A stretch of 64,000 nucleotides of DNA from Escherichia phage vB_EcoM_005. The position numbers and the translations under genes were made by a program. The stretch lies in the sequence record MK295203; one strand, 5' to 3'. Positions 19,944-29,978 of the stretch are shown in pieces (the stretch's first letter is position 1; each line of letters opens with the position of its first letter). Under the pieces are notes generated by a model, which saw only the letters and a program-made list of their open reading frames with translations, searched no databases and had not been told where the DNA came from.

Positions 19944-21680
19944 CTAATTAACTTTAGTAGCTTGACGCATACCAGGAGCCGGAGTAGAGGACTGTGGAGG
20001 TAAATTATAACTAGTCTTACTCGTTTTCTTGATATTCGTTTGCTGATTTATTTGAGTTGGAGCTTGCTGACTATATTTAGCATTTTCCTTTGCTCTCATT
20101 TGCTCATCAACCTTTTTAACCTGGGTATTTTCAGGGGATTCAGCTACAGAAGCAGGTTTAGGCTTTTCAGCTTCGTTAAATTTCTCTAAAGATTTATTCA
20201 TCTTATCAAGTAATTGCTGGATATTAAGGTCCTTCGGTGCTCCACCTTTAGCCATAATAGGGTCTGCCAATTGTTTCTCGATATCAGCTTTATACGCTTT
20301 AGCATTTTCGATATCTTTAGAATCAGGCTTCATTATATTATCAGCAGTTTGAGTCAAACGAATAATATCAGCCTGGGCTTTATCACGTTTCTTGAAATAC
20401 TCTAAACGTTCTTCTTCAGGGAGGTCACGGAAGCTTGTGTCAATTCCACCTGCGCGTAATTGGTCAGCTTGTTCTTTAGTAAGATTGCCGTATTTCTCTG
20501 CCTGGTTTATAAGCTCAGGTTTATCCTTATACTTCTTATTCATTTTCTCGGCTGTTTCTAAAGCCTCAGCAGAACGTCTATCATGGTACTTGGCTACTTT
20601 AGTTTGGTCTTCGTCATCCAAAGTGGCTCCGGTATTTTGTTGATACGACATTAAAGCGGAAGCTTCTACGTTTTCAGCCAACTCACCCATACCAGGTATT
20701 TTGCTTAAAATAGCAGAAATCAACTTAGAAATACCGACCATTAAAAGCTGAGCCATATTTTTAGTAAGATTGACCATACCACGAATAATAGCTTCGGCCA
20801 GCCCTAACCAGTTTCCTTCACTAAACATGGCTTCGGCATTCTTGGCCCATGTCATTAGCCCTTCAAGTAAGGGTCCCCACTCTTTAAACTTATCGTTAAA
20901 TTCTTTCCATCCTGACTCAAATTGGTCCATGAAATATTGGAAGTATACACGAATGGCATCTATACCAAATATTAAAAGGACTAAACCTGCGGCAAGTTTA
21001 GCAGCTTCAGCGGCTGCAGTAACGGTATACTTAAAAAGCATACCTGAAATTCTATCAGCGACACCTACGGAAGCTTTAAATCCCTTTTCAGTTATTTTAG
21101 TAAGGGCTTCAATTTTCTCGGAAAGAGAAGACTTATCACCTTCTTTACCTTCATCTGAATTTTTAGGAGGCTCGGGCACAAATTCGGCGTCAGGTTTATT
21201 ATCTTCAGGTGGAAGAACATCTTCAATAACGGCTGGAACTTTAGGAGTTTCGGCCTTGGGTTCTTCAGGAATAGAGTCTTCAATAACCTTTAATGAGCTC
21301 CCTTCCGGCGGAATAGAAATACCAGAAAATTTAGCCTCCAACATATTAGAAAGCTTATTAATCTTTTCGTTTAATGCATCCGAAAGAGCTTTAGATTGTT
21401 GGGTTTGTTCTGATATAGCTTCAGCCGTTAATTCGGTTCCGGCAACAACATCTTGGACGCTTTTATCTACTCGGTCCACAGAACTAATAATCTGATTAGA
21501 CTTTGTCTCAACCACTTCAGAGAGCAATTCAGACGCCGCCTGGGAATCAGATAAAACATCTGATATATTTCCTAATTCGTCGTTCTGAGTTTGGGCTAGC
21601 GCCTCAGCACGACGCTGAGGAGCCATTTCTTCAATCAGTTTATTGCGACGAAAACTATTCTGGTTAGATTCGTTCTTCAT
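19944..21680 (-). CDS. 29: Baseplate hub / tail-length determinator gp29
   Basis: 578 aa (T4 590 aa), syntenic. Confidence 0.8.
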   Translation of the reverse strand: MKNESNQNSFRRNKLIEEMAPQRRAEALAQTQNDELGNISDVLSDSQAASELLSEVVETKSNQIISSVDRVDKSVQDVVAGTELTAEAISEQTQQSKALSDALNEKINKLSNMLEAKFSGISIPPEGSSLKVIEDSIPEEPKAETPKVPAVIEDVLPPEDNKPDAEFVPEPPKNSDEGKEGDKSSLSEKIEALTKITEKGFKASVGVADRISGMLFKYTVTAAAEAAKLAAGLVLLIFGIDAIRVYFQYFMDQFESGWKEFNDKFKEWGPLLEGLMTWAKNAEAMFSEGNWLGLAEAIIRGMVNLTKNMAQLLMVGISKLISAILSKIPGMGELAENVEASALMSYQQNTGATLDDEDQTKVAKYHDRRSAEALETAEKMNKKYKDKPELINQAEKYGNLTKEQADQLRAGGIDTSFRDLPEEERLEYFKKRDKAQADIIRLTQTADNIMKPDSKDIENAKAYKADIEKQLADPIMAKGGAPKDLNIQQLLDKMNKSLEKFNEAEKPKPASVAESPENTQVKKVDEQMRAKENAKYSQQAPTQINQQTNIKKTSKTSYNLPPQSSTPAPGMRQATKVN

Positions 21681-22134
21681 TTAAGATATCCATGATTTTA
21701 AGCAATCCTTTGATAGGACCATTAGGGCCAGGGATAGCTACAGTAGAAGTTATATCGTCAGCCCATGTGGCAACAAAGGCTTTAAACGTTTTACCTTGGA
21801 ACTGGAATTCAAGCCGTTGGCAAATATAAAGGTCGTTTAAATTATACGTGAATCCGTCTTTAGTTACTTTTTCTTTTAATCGCCCGTTGAATTCTAAAAG
21901 GTGCAAAGCAGCAAAATCTGTTTCTGCTGCAGATAACCCTTTACAAATGGAGTCCATTGTCATGTGGAGGGCTTTGTAGGGGTCTTTTTCGTCCTTAACT
22001 AATTTCTGGTGCTTGAGACCTAGTTTAGGAATAGAAATTTCTTTATTACCCAGCGTTATTTTCTTGATCGGGAGTATCAGTTTTAAGTTCATTTTTAACC
22101 TTCGGTGGTTCTTCAATCTTAATAGGCTTACCAT
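21664..22134 (-). CDS. 28: Baseplate hub distal subunit gp28
   Basis: Track ORF overlaps the gp27 3' end by ~90 nt; the true start is probably the internal [11 protein letters not shown] (~22092). Confidence 0.6.
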   Translation of the reverse strand: MVSLLRLKNHRRLKMNLKLILPIKKITLGNKEISIPKLGLKHQKLVKDEKDPYKALHMTMDSICKGLSAAETDFAALHLLEFNGRLKEKVTKDGFTYNLNDLYICQRLEFQFQGKTFKAFVATWADDITSTVAIPGPNGPIKGLLKIMDILNEERI

Positions 22135-23215
22135 TAGTAAACATATAAAGGTTTGTAATTGATGTATTGTTACTCACTTCATGAATAACTTCGTCTACAT
22201 AAAAATCATACTGGAATTGGTTTTTAGGGTCATAGAAATTAATCTTATCGCCTGGAGTAAGTTCAAAATCGCCAAAAACTTTACAATGAGCGTACCCGTC
22301 ATACTGGGCCATAGTAACCAATCTATCTGCTTCTTCAAATCCGTTTCGGTAGGTATAATCGGAATATCCACCAGAGCGAGAAACCAATATACTGTTTTGC
22401 CCATCGCCAAAAGTAATTCGTGTGGCGTTTTTGTCTAAGAAAGAGTGGGCGTATATAGTAGCGTTTTCATATGGTTTTCTGGAATGCTGGTTGGCTTTAG
22501 TTAACCATTCAAAATCAAATGCGATAGGAGTGTCCATATCTTGGACGTATTGGCCTATTAAACGAGGCTCACCGACCACAAAATTAATTGGCTCTTGATT
22601 AACCATAAATTCGTAGTCCATGATAGAAATACCATCTATATCTTCCCAGACAAATACAAATTTATCAGATTCAACGGCCATACCTACTTCTCGTACAAAT
22701 TCCATATAACGGTCCATTGAATCACACCAAGGAACATTAGGAACGTAAACGTTTATCCCGTTCAATGGAGGTGCAAGAAGTGGACGGTCTTGGTAAATAA
22801 CACCAATCATTTCAGTTAATGTTTCTTGAACACTAGGGAAGAACATACGTCCGAATTTAAGATTTTCTAAAAAGTGGATTGGGGCGAGTTGTATTGTTAT
22901 GATATTGTCGCCCTTCGAATCCACTCCTACAGCAAAGTGTTTGCTTCCATAAATTCTTGACTGGGTACGCTCGGAGTTAGCGTTCTTAACAGAAATTTGG
23001 ATAATCTGCTCGCCATCCATTTTAGTATGAAGGTTCTTTGCATCATAAAACTGAAGCAGCCCTTCATTACTACCGTAAAGTCCATCTCGCATTGTTAGAG
23101 TAGTAAATGTCGCGCCTAGTTCAACAAAACGATGCTCTAACCAGGCGTCATAATCTTCGTAAAGGCGTATACTAATATTAGGAAAGCCTTCACGTTGCAT
23201 AGTTTTTGAACTCAT
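22046..23215 (-). CDS. 27: Baseplate hub subunit gp27
   Basis: 389 aa (T4 391 aa). Confidence 0.85.
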   Translation of the reverse strand: MSSKTMQREGFPNISIRLYEDYDAWLEHRFVELGATFTTLTMRDGLYGSNEGLLQFYDAKNLHTKMDGEQIIQISVKNANSERTQSRIYGSKHFAVGVDSKGDNIITIQLAPIHFLENLKFGRMFFPSVQETLTEMIGVIYQDRPLLAPPLNGINVYVPNVPWCDSMDRYMEFVREVGMAVESDKFVFVWEDIDGISIMDYEFMVNQEPINFVVGEPRLIGQYVQDMDTPIAFDFEWLTKANQHSRKPYENATIYAHSFLDKNATRITFGDGQNSILVSRSGGYSDYTYRNGFEEADRLVTMAQYDGYAHCKVFGDFELTPGDKINFYDPKNQFQYDFYVDEVIHEVSNNTSITNLYMFTNGKPIKIEEPPKVKNELKTDTPDQENNAG

Positions 23216-23964
23216 TTCTTAAGGTCCTTTTCAACCAAAGACAAAGCAATACCGCGTTCGATTGGAATCATCTGCATAATGCTTTCTAATGAATAATTGT
23301 TCTTTACCAATAAATGGTTTATTTGGTAAAATAAAAATATCTCATCTGGATTGACTATAAGCTTAAACACCTCTAAAATATCGGTATATGCAATCGTTCT
23401 ACGATTACAACATCCATATTTGAGTTCGAAATTAATAGGGCTGGTTTGTTTGACTATATCCTCTAAAGTAGATAAGTCTATAGCATCTATTACGGCTAAT
23501 TGGTCTTCTTCAGAAAGGTCAGTCCAATTATATTTTCCGTTTTCATCTTCTACGGTTTGGAGGGTGTTCAAAATCAATTCGGATTTGTCTTGATATTCTA
23601 TTTCCGGAAATTTGAATGTTAGCTTCAAGCCAGCCACTTCAATTGTGGGATTATCTAACTTGGCTTGTTTCAAATTGAATAAAACTTGTCTATCCTTTTC
23701 ACACTTACTACAAGTGTATCGGATAGGAATTTTGGTCTTGCCGAGTGATGACGTGTAAAGTTCAATGAACATATACGGGCGCCATGACGTAGGATATTCA
23801 CCGAAGTATTCTTCCAGTAACTCATCTAAAATTTGTTTTTGCTCTTCAGGTGATTTATTATTCATGTCATTTCGAATCAAAATAAAATCACGATAATCAG
23901 CTACTGTAAAAGGTTTAAATCGGTGGACTCCATCAGGCATTTCACAACGTACGATATTAGCCAT
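23212..23964 (-). CDS. 51: Baseplate hub assembly catalyst gp51
   Basis: Start at [12 protein letters not shown] (250 aa; T4 249 aa); track ORF extends to 24015 through the promoter region. Confidence 0.8.
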   Translation of the reverse strand: MANIVRCEMPDGVHRFKPFTVADYRDFILIRNDMNNKSPEEQKQILDELLEEYFGEYPTSWRPYMFIELYTSSLGKTKIPIRYTCSKCEKDRQVLFNLKQAKLDNPTIEVAGLKLTFKFPEIEYQDKSELILNTLQTVEDENGKYNWTDLSEEDQLAVIDAIDLSTLEDIVKQTSPINFELKYGCCNRRTIAYTDILEVFKLIVNPDEIFLFYQINHLLVKNNYSLESIMQMIPIERGIALSLVEKDLKK

Positions 23965-23984
23965 AGGGTGTCCTCTTATTGATG

Positions 23985-23996
23985 TATTTATAAATA
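23985..23996. promoter_or_regulatory. Bidirectional late promoter (palindromic TATTTATAAATA)
   Basis: TATAAATA readable on both strands; serves divergent genes 51 (-) and 26 (+). Confidence 0.65.
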
Positions 23997-24014
23997 AGCT
24001 TAAAGGAGAAGACA

Positions 24015-24638
24015 ATGAATTATACTTTTGACGTAAAAATTAAAAACAAAACCATAAAATGCAGAGCATTTACCCTCAGAGAGTATAAGGACTTGCTCCA
24101 AGCTAAATTAGAAGGCAGAATAGAGTCCTTTATCAATGAACTCATTTCGAATTGCACAGATGCTCGTGATTTAAACAAGCAAGAATCTGAGCTCCTGGTG
24201 ATAAACCTGTGGGCCCATTCATTAGCTGAAGTGAATATAGAACGTGAGTGGGTTTGTAGTTGTGGTCGCTCACAGGTTGTCCCTATGACACTAACTCGCG
24301 CAAAATTAGGTAAAGAGCCTGATGTTATTAAAGACTTTGGCAACTTTAAAATTGTTTTCAGGTACCCTAAACTCTTTGAAGATAAAAATAGGGCTATGAT
24401 GGTCGCTGGGTGTATCGATTATATTTTAACTTCTGCAGGCGAAAAGCTTTTTCTTTCCGATTTAAGCGATGCGGAACTTGATGACCTTTATTCTGTGATA
24501 ACAGAAAAAGATATAAAAGAAGTTTATGATGCATTAGTCGCCCCTAAGCCTATTTTGGCCATACCTATTTCTTGTGAATGTGGTGAACATACCGTCCACG
24601 TTATTGAGGGACTTAAAGAGTTCTTTAAGGTGATGTAA
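24015..24638 (+). CDS. 26: Baseplate hub subunit gp26
   Basis: 207 aa (T4 208 aa); RBS AAGGAG. Confidence 0.8.
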   Translation: MNYTFDVKIKNKTIKCRAFTLREYKDLLQAKLEGRIESFINELISNCTDARDLNKQESELLVINLWAHSLAEVNIEREWVCSCGRSQVVPMTLTRAKLGKEPDVIKDFGNFKIVFRYPKLFEDKNRAMMVAGCIDYILTSAGEKLFLSDLSDAELDDLYSVITEKDIKEVYDALVAPKPILAIPISCECGEHTVHVIEGLKEFFKVM

Positions 24639-24928
24639 TGAATATCAATAAAATGTATTCGGATTTAGACCCTGAAATGAGGACGTCTTGGAATAGAGAC
24701 GTCGCTAAAGCTACAGGTGCTCAGAATATCACCCCATTAATCACGGATACTATTAAGCGTAATATAGTTTCCGCTGTGCGGAACTTCGAACCTAGAATTT
24801 CTGCCCTGGCTGTAGGTGTCACACCTGTGTACGATGATAACTCGATTATCGTAACCGTTCAGTTTAGTATTGTTGATGACCCGGATACATTAGAGCAAAT
24901 TAGAATTCAGCTCTCACAGAGTGGTTAA
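24638..24928 (+). CDS. 25: Baseplate wedge protein gp25 (GPW/gp25 family), shortened
   Basis: MNINKMYSDLDPEMRTSWNRDVAKA...ERNI..SAVRNFEPRI..LAV.V.PVYDD matches the T4 gp25 ends; 96 aa versus 132, with the central segment absent. Confidence 0.75.
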   Translation: MNINKMYSDLDPEMRTSWNRDVAKATGAQNITPLITDTIKRNIVSAVRNFEPRISALAVGVTPVYDDNSIIVTVQFSIVDDPDTLEQIRIQLSQSG

Positions 24929-24986
24929 TTGCTGTTCAATTGAATAGTGTATAATGGTCCTATGGTTATTACACAGGAAACATGCG

Positions 24987-25424
24987 ATGAGTAAAGAGAT
25001 TGAGTACAAGTTAGAGTCGTTTCAAGATGCTTTGGATGAAGATTTAAAGATTGATGGGACTCGTTTACAGTATGAAGTACAGAACAACGTTTTGCTGCAC
25101 AGCAAATGGCTAAGACTGTATACGAATTGTAAGAAAGAAATAATGAGATTAGAAATCCAGAAAAAGACCTCACTTAAGAAGCGATTAGATTTCTACACGG
25201 GACGTGGAGAGCCAGGTGATGAGGTTTGTATGGACCAGTATGAGAAGTCTGAATTAAAAACTGTTATGGCTGCAGATTCTAGTGTAATTAAAATCGATAC
25301 GTCAATTCAGTATTGGGCTTTATTACAGGACTTTTGTAGTTCAGCTTTAGACGCAGTAAAAGCCAGAGGGTTCTCATTAAAGAATATGTTGGAGCTCAGG
25401 AAATTTGAAGCAGGTGAAAAATGA
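24987..25424 (+). CDS. uvsY: Recombination mediator UvsY
   Basis: Start MSKEIEYKLESF; TRLQYEVQNNVLLHSKWLRLY...YWALLQDFCSSALDAVKARGF colinear with T4 UvsY. Confidence 0.88.
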   Translation: MSKEIEYKLESFQDALDEDLKIDGTRLQYEVQNNVLLHSKWLRLYTNCKKEIMRLEIQKKTSLKKRLDFYTGRGEPGDEVCMDQYEKSELKTVMAADSSVIKIDTSIQYWALLQDFCSSALDAVKARGFSLKNMLELRKFEAGEK

Positions 25425-25547
25425 GACGCACTAAAAATATCAAACCTATTAAAGTAGATGTTGATAAAATGAAACTTCTCCAAGAATTCATTAATGCCGC
25501 TTTATCAAGTAATAAATAGATATGTAAGTTAAACTAAGGAGACAATC

Positions 25548-25715
25548 ATGTCAGATAAGATTTGCGTTGTCTGTAAAACTCCAATCGATGCTGCATTGGT
25601 TGTTGAAACAGAAAAAGGTCCGGTTCATCCGGGCTCATGCTATAATTACGTTCAAAGCTTGCCGGTTACGGAAAACACTGAAGAACAGCTGAACGAAACC
25701 CAATTACTACTTTAG
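25548..25715 (+). CDS. Small CxxC protein (uvsY.-2-like)
   Basis: 55 aa, MSDKICVVCKTPIDA...; RBS AAGGAG; below the ORF-track cutoff. Confidence 0.45.
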   Translation: MSDKICVVCKTPIDAALVVETEKGPVHPGSCYNYVQSLPVTENTEEQLNETQLLL

Positions 25716-25755
25716 TCTAGTGTGTATAGCCATTTATGGTTATTGGCCCTTCCGA

Positions 25756-25784
25756 AAGGTTGGGCCTTTTTTGTTTAGAAATCT
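25756..25784 (+). terminator. Rho-independent terminator
   Basis: GGCCC...GGGCC hairpin followed by TTTTTTG. Confidence 0.6.
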
Positions 25785-26002
25785 TCCTCTTCCTCGTCGT
25801 CCATCGACTCCAATTCAGCTCTCTTACCAGCCAATGCATCGCGTACGCTGATATCATCCGAATCACGAAGTTCGGCTTCCTTACTACGAGTTTTGTAATA
25901 CTTCTCTAATTCCTTCAGACCATCCATAGTCTGACAAGAACCAATTTTAGCCATGAAGCTTTCAATAGATGCTTCCTGAATAACTTCTTTAAAGGTTTTC
26001 AT
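25775..26002 (-). CDS. uvsW.1: UvsW.1-like small acidic protein
   Basis: 75 aa ORF overlapping the uvsW stop (ATGA) in a different frame. Confidence 0.6.
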   Translation of the reverse strand: MKTFKEVIQEASIESFMAKIGSCQTMDGLKELEKYYKTRSKEAELRDSDDISVRDALAGKRAELESMDDEEEEDF

Positions 26003-27495
26003 AAATCCACCTGTTTCATTACGTAATTAAATTTCTCATCAGCATAACGTTGAATACGTTCTAAAGCGTGTTTGAGGGCGTAGTTCAAATGAACATATTT
26101 CTTTTTAGCCGTAGCTGATTTAGGCTTAACACCCATGTCGTCGATGATATCCCATACTTGTGCTGTCGATTTAGAAGCATGTTTACGGAGTACACGACCA
26201 ATTGTCTGGAGTACAATGATTTTAGATTTTACTGGATGAGCAAATACAACGTGGTGAAGGTTCTTAACGGAAATACCGGTAGAGAACACACCGTAACTTG
26301 CCACAACAATAATACCCTTACCATTTTCCGCCATTACTTTCAGAGCATTACGCGTTTCGGTATTAACTTCACCTGATACATAATAAACTTCTTTATGTTG
26401 CTCTTTAACCATTTCAAAAAGAGTTTTACCGTGTTCGATGTTTTTAAACATCAGGAATACGTTCTCTTCTTTCTTAGCGAGTTTAACAGCTAAATTAGCA
26501 ACCCATTTATTACGACGAGTAGCCTTAGTAATGACTTTAATTTCTGATTGGTAATCTTTACCTTTCATCTTAACAGTGAATTCGTCTGGGTATCGAAGGA
26601 AAATACTGTTGATTTTAAGGTCGGTAACCTGTCCTTCTTCCATTAACTGTGAAGTGGATACAGGCTTAAACACGTCACCAAACAAACCCATATATTGCAT
26701 TAAATTAGCTTTACCATCTTTTAAAGAACCAGACAAACCGAATTTAAACATACAGTTGGTTAGGCCTTCGATGATAGTAGAAATTGATTTACCTGTAGCC
26801 AAATGACATTCGTCGTTCATAAACATACCAAACTGAGCAAACCATTCTTTAGGTTGCTTAATAGCAGTTTGATAAGTCGAAACGTAAATCATTGCATCAG
26901 AATCACGAGCAGTACCTGAACGAATTCCAAGCATTGCGGCTTTAGGGAACAACCGATAATCGATGAAGTCATTAATCATCTGGTCAACAAGTGCAGTAGT
27001 AGGAACTAAAATAAGGATTTTACCTTCATAGTTCTCAACGTAATATCGACTCAGGAGTGCCTGGATTAATGATTTACCTGCGGATGTAGGTAAATTCAGA
27101 ATTGCGCGACGTTTTGTCAGGCCGTTGTATACGGCTTCATTCTGATACCAATGAGGCTCAATCTTGGTAGACCCTGAATAAATTTCTTGAGAAGCCACCC
27201 ATGAGTCAAAATCTTCACGAGAAATATCTTCCTGTTCAAGAATACGTGGGTCAATCCACAGAGAGTATTCAAATTGTTCAGCGAACTTTTTAATTTGAGG
27301 GACCAATCCATAAGGAAGTTTACGGTTATAATCCAGAAGACGAATACGTCCATCCCATTGCCCATAACGAAATTTAGGGTTGAATTTATATCCATCAGCT
27401 TCAAAGCTAAAATAGTCTCTGAGTTCGTAGAATGTGGATTCATCACACTCGATACGGACATGACTAAAATTATCAAAATGTACTTGAATTTGCAT
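25999..27495 (-). CDS. uvsW: UvsW SF2 DNA/RNA helicase
   Basis: 498 aa; Walker A LNLPTSAGKS; DECH-box NDECH; colinear with T4 UvsW. Confidence 0.9.
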   Translation of the reverse strand: MQIQVHFDNFSHVRIECDESTFYELRDYFSFEADGYKFNPKFRYGQWDGRIRLLDYNRKLPYGLVPQIKKFAEQFEYSLWIDPRILEQEDISREDFDSWVASQEIYSGSTKIEPHWYQNEAVYNGLTKRRAILNLPTSAGKSLIQALLSRYYVENYEGKILILVPTTALVDQMINDFIDYRLFPKAAMLGIRSGTARDSDAMIYVSTYQTAIKQPKEWFAQFGMFMNDECHLATGKSISTIIEGLTNCMFKFGLSGSLKDGKANLMQYMGLFGDVFKPVSTSQLMEEGQVTDLKINSIFLRYPDEFTVKMKGKDYQSEIKVITKATRRNKWVANLAVKLAKKEENVFLMFKNIEHGKTLFEMVKEQHKEVYYVSGEVNTETRNALKVMAENGKGIIVVASYGVFSTGISVKNLHHVVFAHPVKSKIIVLQTIGRVLRKHASKSTAQVWDIIDDMGVKPKSATAKKKYVHLNYALKHALERIQRYADEKFNYVMKQVDL

Positions 27496-27509
27496 AAGTA
27501 ATTCTCAGT

Positions 27510-27531
27510 TATAAATATAGTTATATTTATA
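27510..27531. promoter_or_regulatory. Divergent late promoters (TATAAATA on both strands)
   Basis: + strand TATAAATA at 27510-27517 (toward the inh-like gene); - strand TATAAATA at 27531-27524 (toward uvsW). Confidence 0.6.
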
Positions 27532-27550
27532 CACCAACAAGAGACTAATT

Positions 27551-28222
27551 ATGGATACTCAATATATTGAAGAGCTTCGTGCACTCGAAGATAAAAAAGA
27601 AGCTAAAGCTAAGTTAATCGAATATGGTGAACAGTTCGGTTTAAAACTTAAGAAAACCCGTTCGTTTGATAATTTGATTATCGATATCACTGAAGGTCTT
27701 AAAGCCTTGGCCGACGAACCACTTCCGGAAACCGAAGGGTTGTCCATTTCTGATTTGATTGATGCCGCCGACGAACTTACAGGTTCTAATGAATTTATTG
27801 ATGGTGCTGAACCTGCTAAAGAAGAAGCAACCCTGTTGTTCGATGCTCCTGAGGCAGTTGTTGAAGTCGTTGAGGTAGCCGAACATCCTAAGGTAGAGAT
27901 TATTGAAGAGGATGTTCCGTTTGACGAAGAGAAATTCAAAGAAGCTGTAGCCAAGGTTGTTGAATTGGAAAAACCTAAATTTGAACTCCCTGAAAACTTC
28001 AGTCCTAATCTTTTGCTTATTGGTAAAAACCCTGGTTACTGTACTGTTCCTTGGTGGATTTATCAATGGATTTCTGAGACTCCGGATTGGAAAGAACGTC
28101 CGACTGCTTTCCAACATCCTACTGCACACCAAACACTATTCAGCTTGATTTATTACATCAATCGTAATGGGTCTGTTCTAATACGAGAAACTCGTAACTC
28201 ATCTTTTGTCACTTTAAAATAA
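27551..28222 (+). CDS. inh: Acidic protein at the inh position (putative prohead protease inhibitor)
   Basis: 223 aa (T4 Inh 226 aa), located between uvsW and hoc as in T4; identity by synteny only. Confidence 0.45.
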   Translation: MDTQYIEELRALEDKKEAKAKLIEYGEQFGLKLKKTRSFDNLIIDITEGLKALADEPLPETEGLSISDLIDAADELTGSNEFIDGAEPAKEEATLLFDAPEAVVEVVEVAEHPKVEIIEEDVPFDEEKFKEAVAKVVELEKPKFELPENFSPNLLLIGKNPGYCTVPWWIYQWISETPDWKERPTAFQHPTAHQTLFSLIYYINRNGSVLIRETRNSSFVTLK

Positions 28223-28231
28223 GGGTGTATT

Positions 28232-29551
28232 ATGGCTTATACCGTAACTATTGCTCCTTTGGCGGCTACGGCCGTTATTGGAGCAACAACCAATTTCACT
28301 GCGTCTGGTTCCGGTGCTGCAGCTGAAGGTACCGAATCATTTGTCTGGACCGTTGATGGCGTTCCTCAATCTTCTGTGACTGCTGCAATGGATTATGTCG
28401 CTGTTGGTCCAGCAGGCAGTAAGACTATTAAAGTTGTTGCAACCTCCACTCCGGCAGACGGCGAACCAGAAACTGCTGAGGCTGAGACAACTTTAACTAT
28501 CCAGAATAAAACAATGCCTGCTATTACATTGACTTTAGACCCTGCCTCTGTTACTAAAGAAGTGGGTCAATCTCAAGTTGTTACTGCTAACGTGACAGGT
28601 GCTCCTTCTGGTGCAACAATTGCTTATGTTTGGAAACGTAACACTAGCGTAATCCCAGGTCAAACTGGTAAAACTATTACTGTTACCGAATCAGCAGAAG
28701 CAAATTATACATTGAACTGCGAAGTTACTGTTTCTGCACCCGATTATAATAATGGCACCGCAACTAAAGGAGCTGCGGTAACTTTTGTTAAGAAAACTAT
28801 GTCAGGTGTTTCTGTTACTTTAACGCCTCCCTCAATTAGTACAGAGAAAGACTCATCTGCGCAGTTTAAAGCGGATGTAGTTGGCGCTCCTTCCGGCGTA
28901 AATGCAACTTATTCTTGGAAGAAAAATGGTTCTATTATTCCGGGCGAAAGCAGTAATATTCTTGCTGTAGATACATCTACAATAGGTTCTTACTCTATTG
29001 AAGTTTCGGTAGTCCTAACAGGTGCGGATTATAATGATTTAACCGTTACCGAAACAGGAAGTGTAGCAATTACTAAAAAGACTATGGCAGGTGTTTCCGT
29101 TACTTTAACACCCGCCTCTATTAATGTTCCTGAAGGAATCCCAGCTTCTTTTAAAGCGGATATAGTCGGCGCACCGAGTGGAGCTACTTTTGCCTATTCT
29201 TGGAAGAAAGACGGTTCTCCTGTAGTTGGCACCACGGATACTCTAGCAATCGATACAAGCGCTGAAGGTTCACAGGTTATTGAAGTTTCTGTTGTGGTTT
29301 CGGCGACTGATTATAACCCGACGACTGTTACGAAAACTGGTAATGTAACAGTCACAGCTAAAGTAGCACCTGTTCCTGACGGTGAATTACCTTATGTGCA
29401 TCCATTGCCAGTACGCAGTTATTTGCACCGATACACACTTCAAAAAATGATTACCGACTATCCAGAGGTTGATGTACAAGAATCTCGTAATGGTCGAATT
29501 ATTCATCGCACCGCTTTAGAAGCTGGTATTATATACGATTACGTTTATTAA
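28232..29551 (+). CDS. hoc: Hoc outer capsid protein with four tandem Ig-like repeats
   Basis: 439 aa; repeats carrying GAPSG(A/V)..Y.WK(K/R)(N/D)GS..PG; synteny upstream of rnlB. Confidence 0.8.
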   Translation: MAYTVTIAPLAATAVIGATTNFTASGSGAAAEGTESFVWTVDGVPQSSVTAAMDYVAVGPAGSKTIKVVATSTPADGEPETAEAETTLTIQNKTMPAITLTLDPASVTKEVGQSQVVTANVTGAPSGATIAYVWKRNTSVIPGQTGKTITVTESAEANYTLNCEVTVSAPDYNNGTATKGAAVTFVKKTMSGVSVTLTPPSISTEKDSSAQFKADVVGAPSGVNATYSWKKNGSIIPGESSNILAVDTSTIGSYSIEVSVVLTGADYNDLTVTETGSVAITKKTMAGVSVTLTPASINVPEGIPASFKADIVGAPSGATFAYSWKKDGSPVVGTTDTLAIDTSAEGSQVIEVSVVVSATDYNPTTVTKTGNVTVTAKVAPVPDGELPYVHPLPVRSYLHRYTLQKMITDYPEVDVQESRNGRIIHRTALEAGIIYDYVY

Positions 29552-29556
29552 TTATG

Positions 29557-29575
29557 GGCCGCAAGGCCCATTTTG
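29557..29575 (+). terminator. Rho-independent terminator
   Basis: GGGCCGCAAGGCCC followed by ATTTTG. Confidence 0.65.
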
Positions 29576-29595
29576 CATTAAAGTACAAAATTCCT

Positions 29596-29625
29596 GTTTA
29601 CAAGTTAAAAATTCTATGTTAAGAT
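29596..29625 (+). promoter_or_regulatory. T4-type early promoter (GTTTACA-N17-TAAGAT)
   Basis: GTTTACAAGTTAAAAATTCTATGTTAAGAT. Confidence 0.5.
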
Positions 29626-29654
29626 GGGTTTACCAACTCAACGAGAGAATTGTT

Positions 29655-29864
29655 ATGGATAAGGTTAAAGTACATTTTTTACACGAATCTGGGTTGAATT
29701 TTATAGAAATTGCTAAAAAAATGGGCGGGACCGCTAAGGACATGGCCAAAGCATGGGTTGATGTAGAACAAGCCAAGGCCAAATTTAAAGCGAAAGAAAA
29801 GGTTGTTTATCGTAAAAGATTGAACAACAAGGTTCGGCGCAAGACGCGTTCTAGTTCAAAGTAA
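29655..29864 (+). CDS. Small HTH-like protein (24.3 / 24.2 position)
   Basis: Internal ATG (MDKVKVHFLHESGLNFIEIAKKMGGTAKDMAKAW) of track ORF 29616..29864. Confidence 0.45.
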   Translation: MDKVKVHFLHESGLNFIEIAKKMGGTAKDMAKAWVDVEQAKAKFKAKEKVVYRKRLNNKVRRKTRSSSK

Positions 29865-29978
29865 TATGCTTTAAATTTAGGTGTGTTATAATGGGTCTAG
29901 GTCCTTCCGTTAAACCATTTGGCTTGGTGACAGAAGACTACTAGCTCTTCTATTTAATTATATTTATTATGGTGATTT

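Noticed and set aside
20770-21495. 241-aa ORF on the + strand
   Set aside because: Antisense to gene 29; serine-rich low-complexity; shadow ORF.
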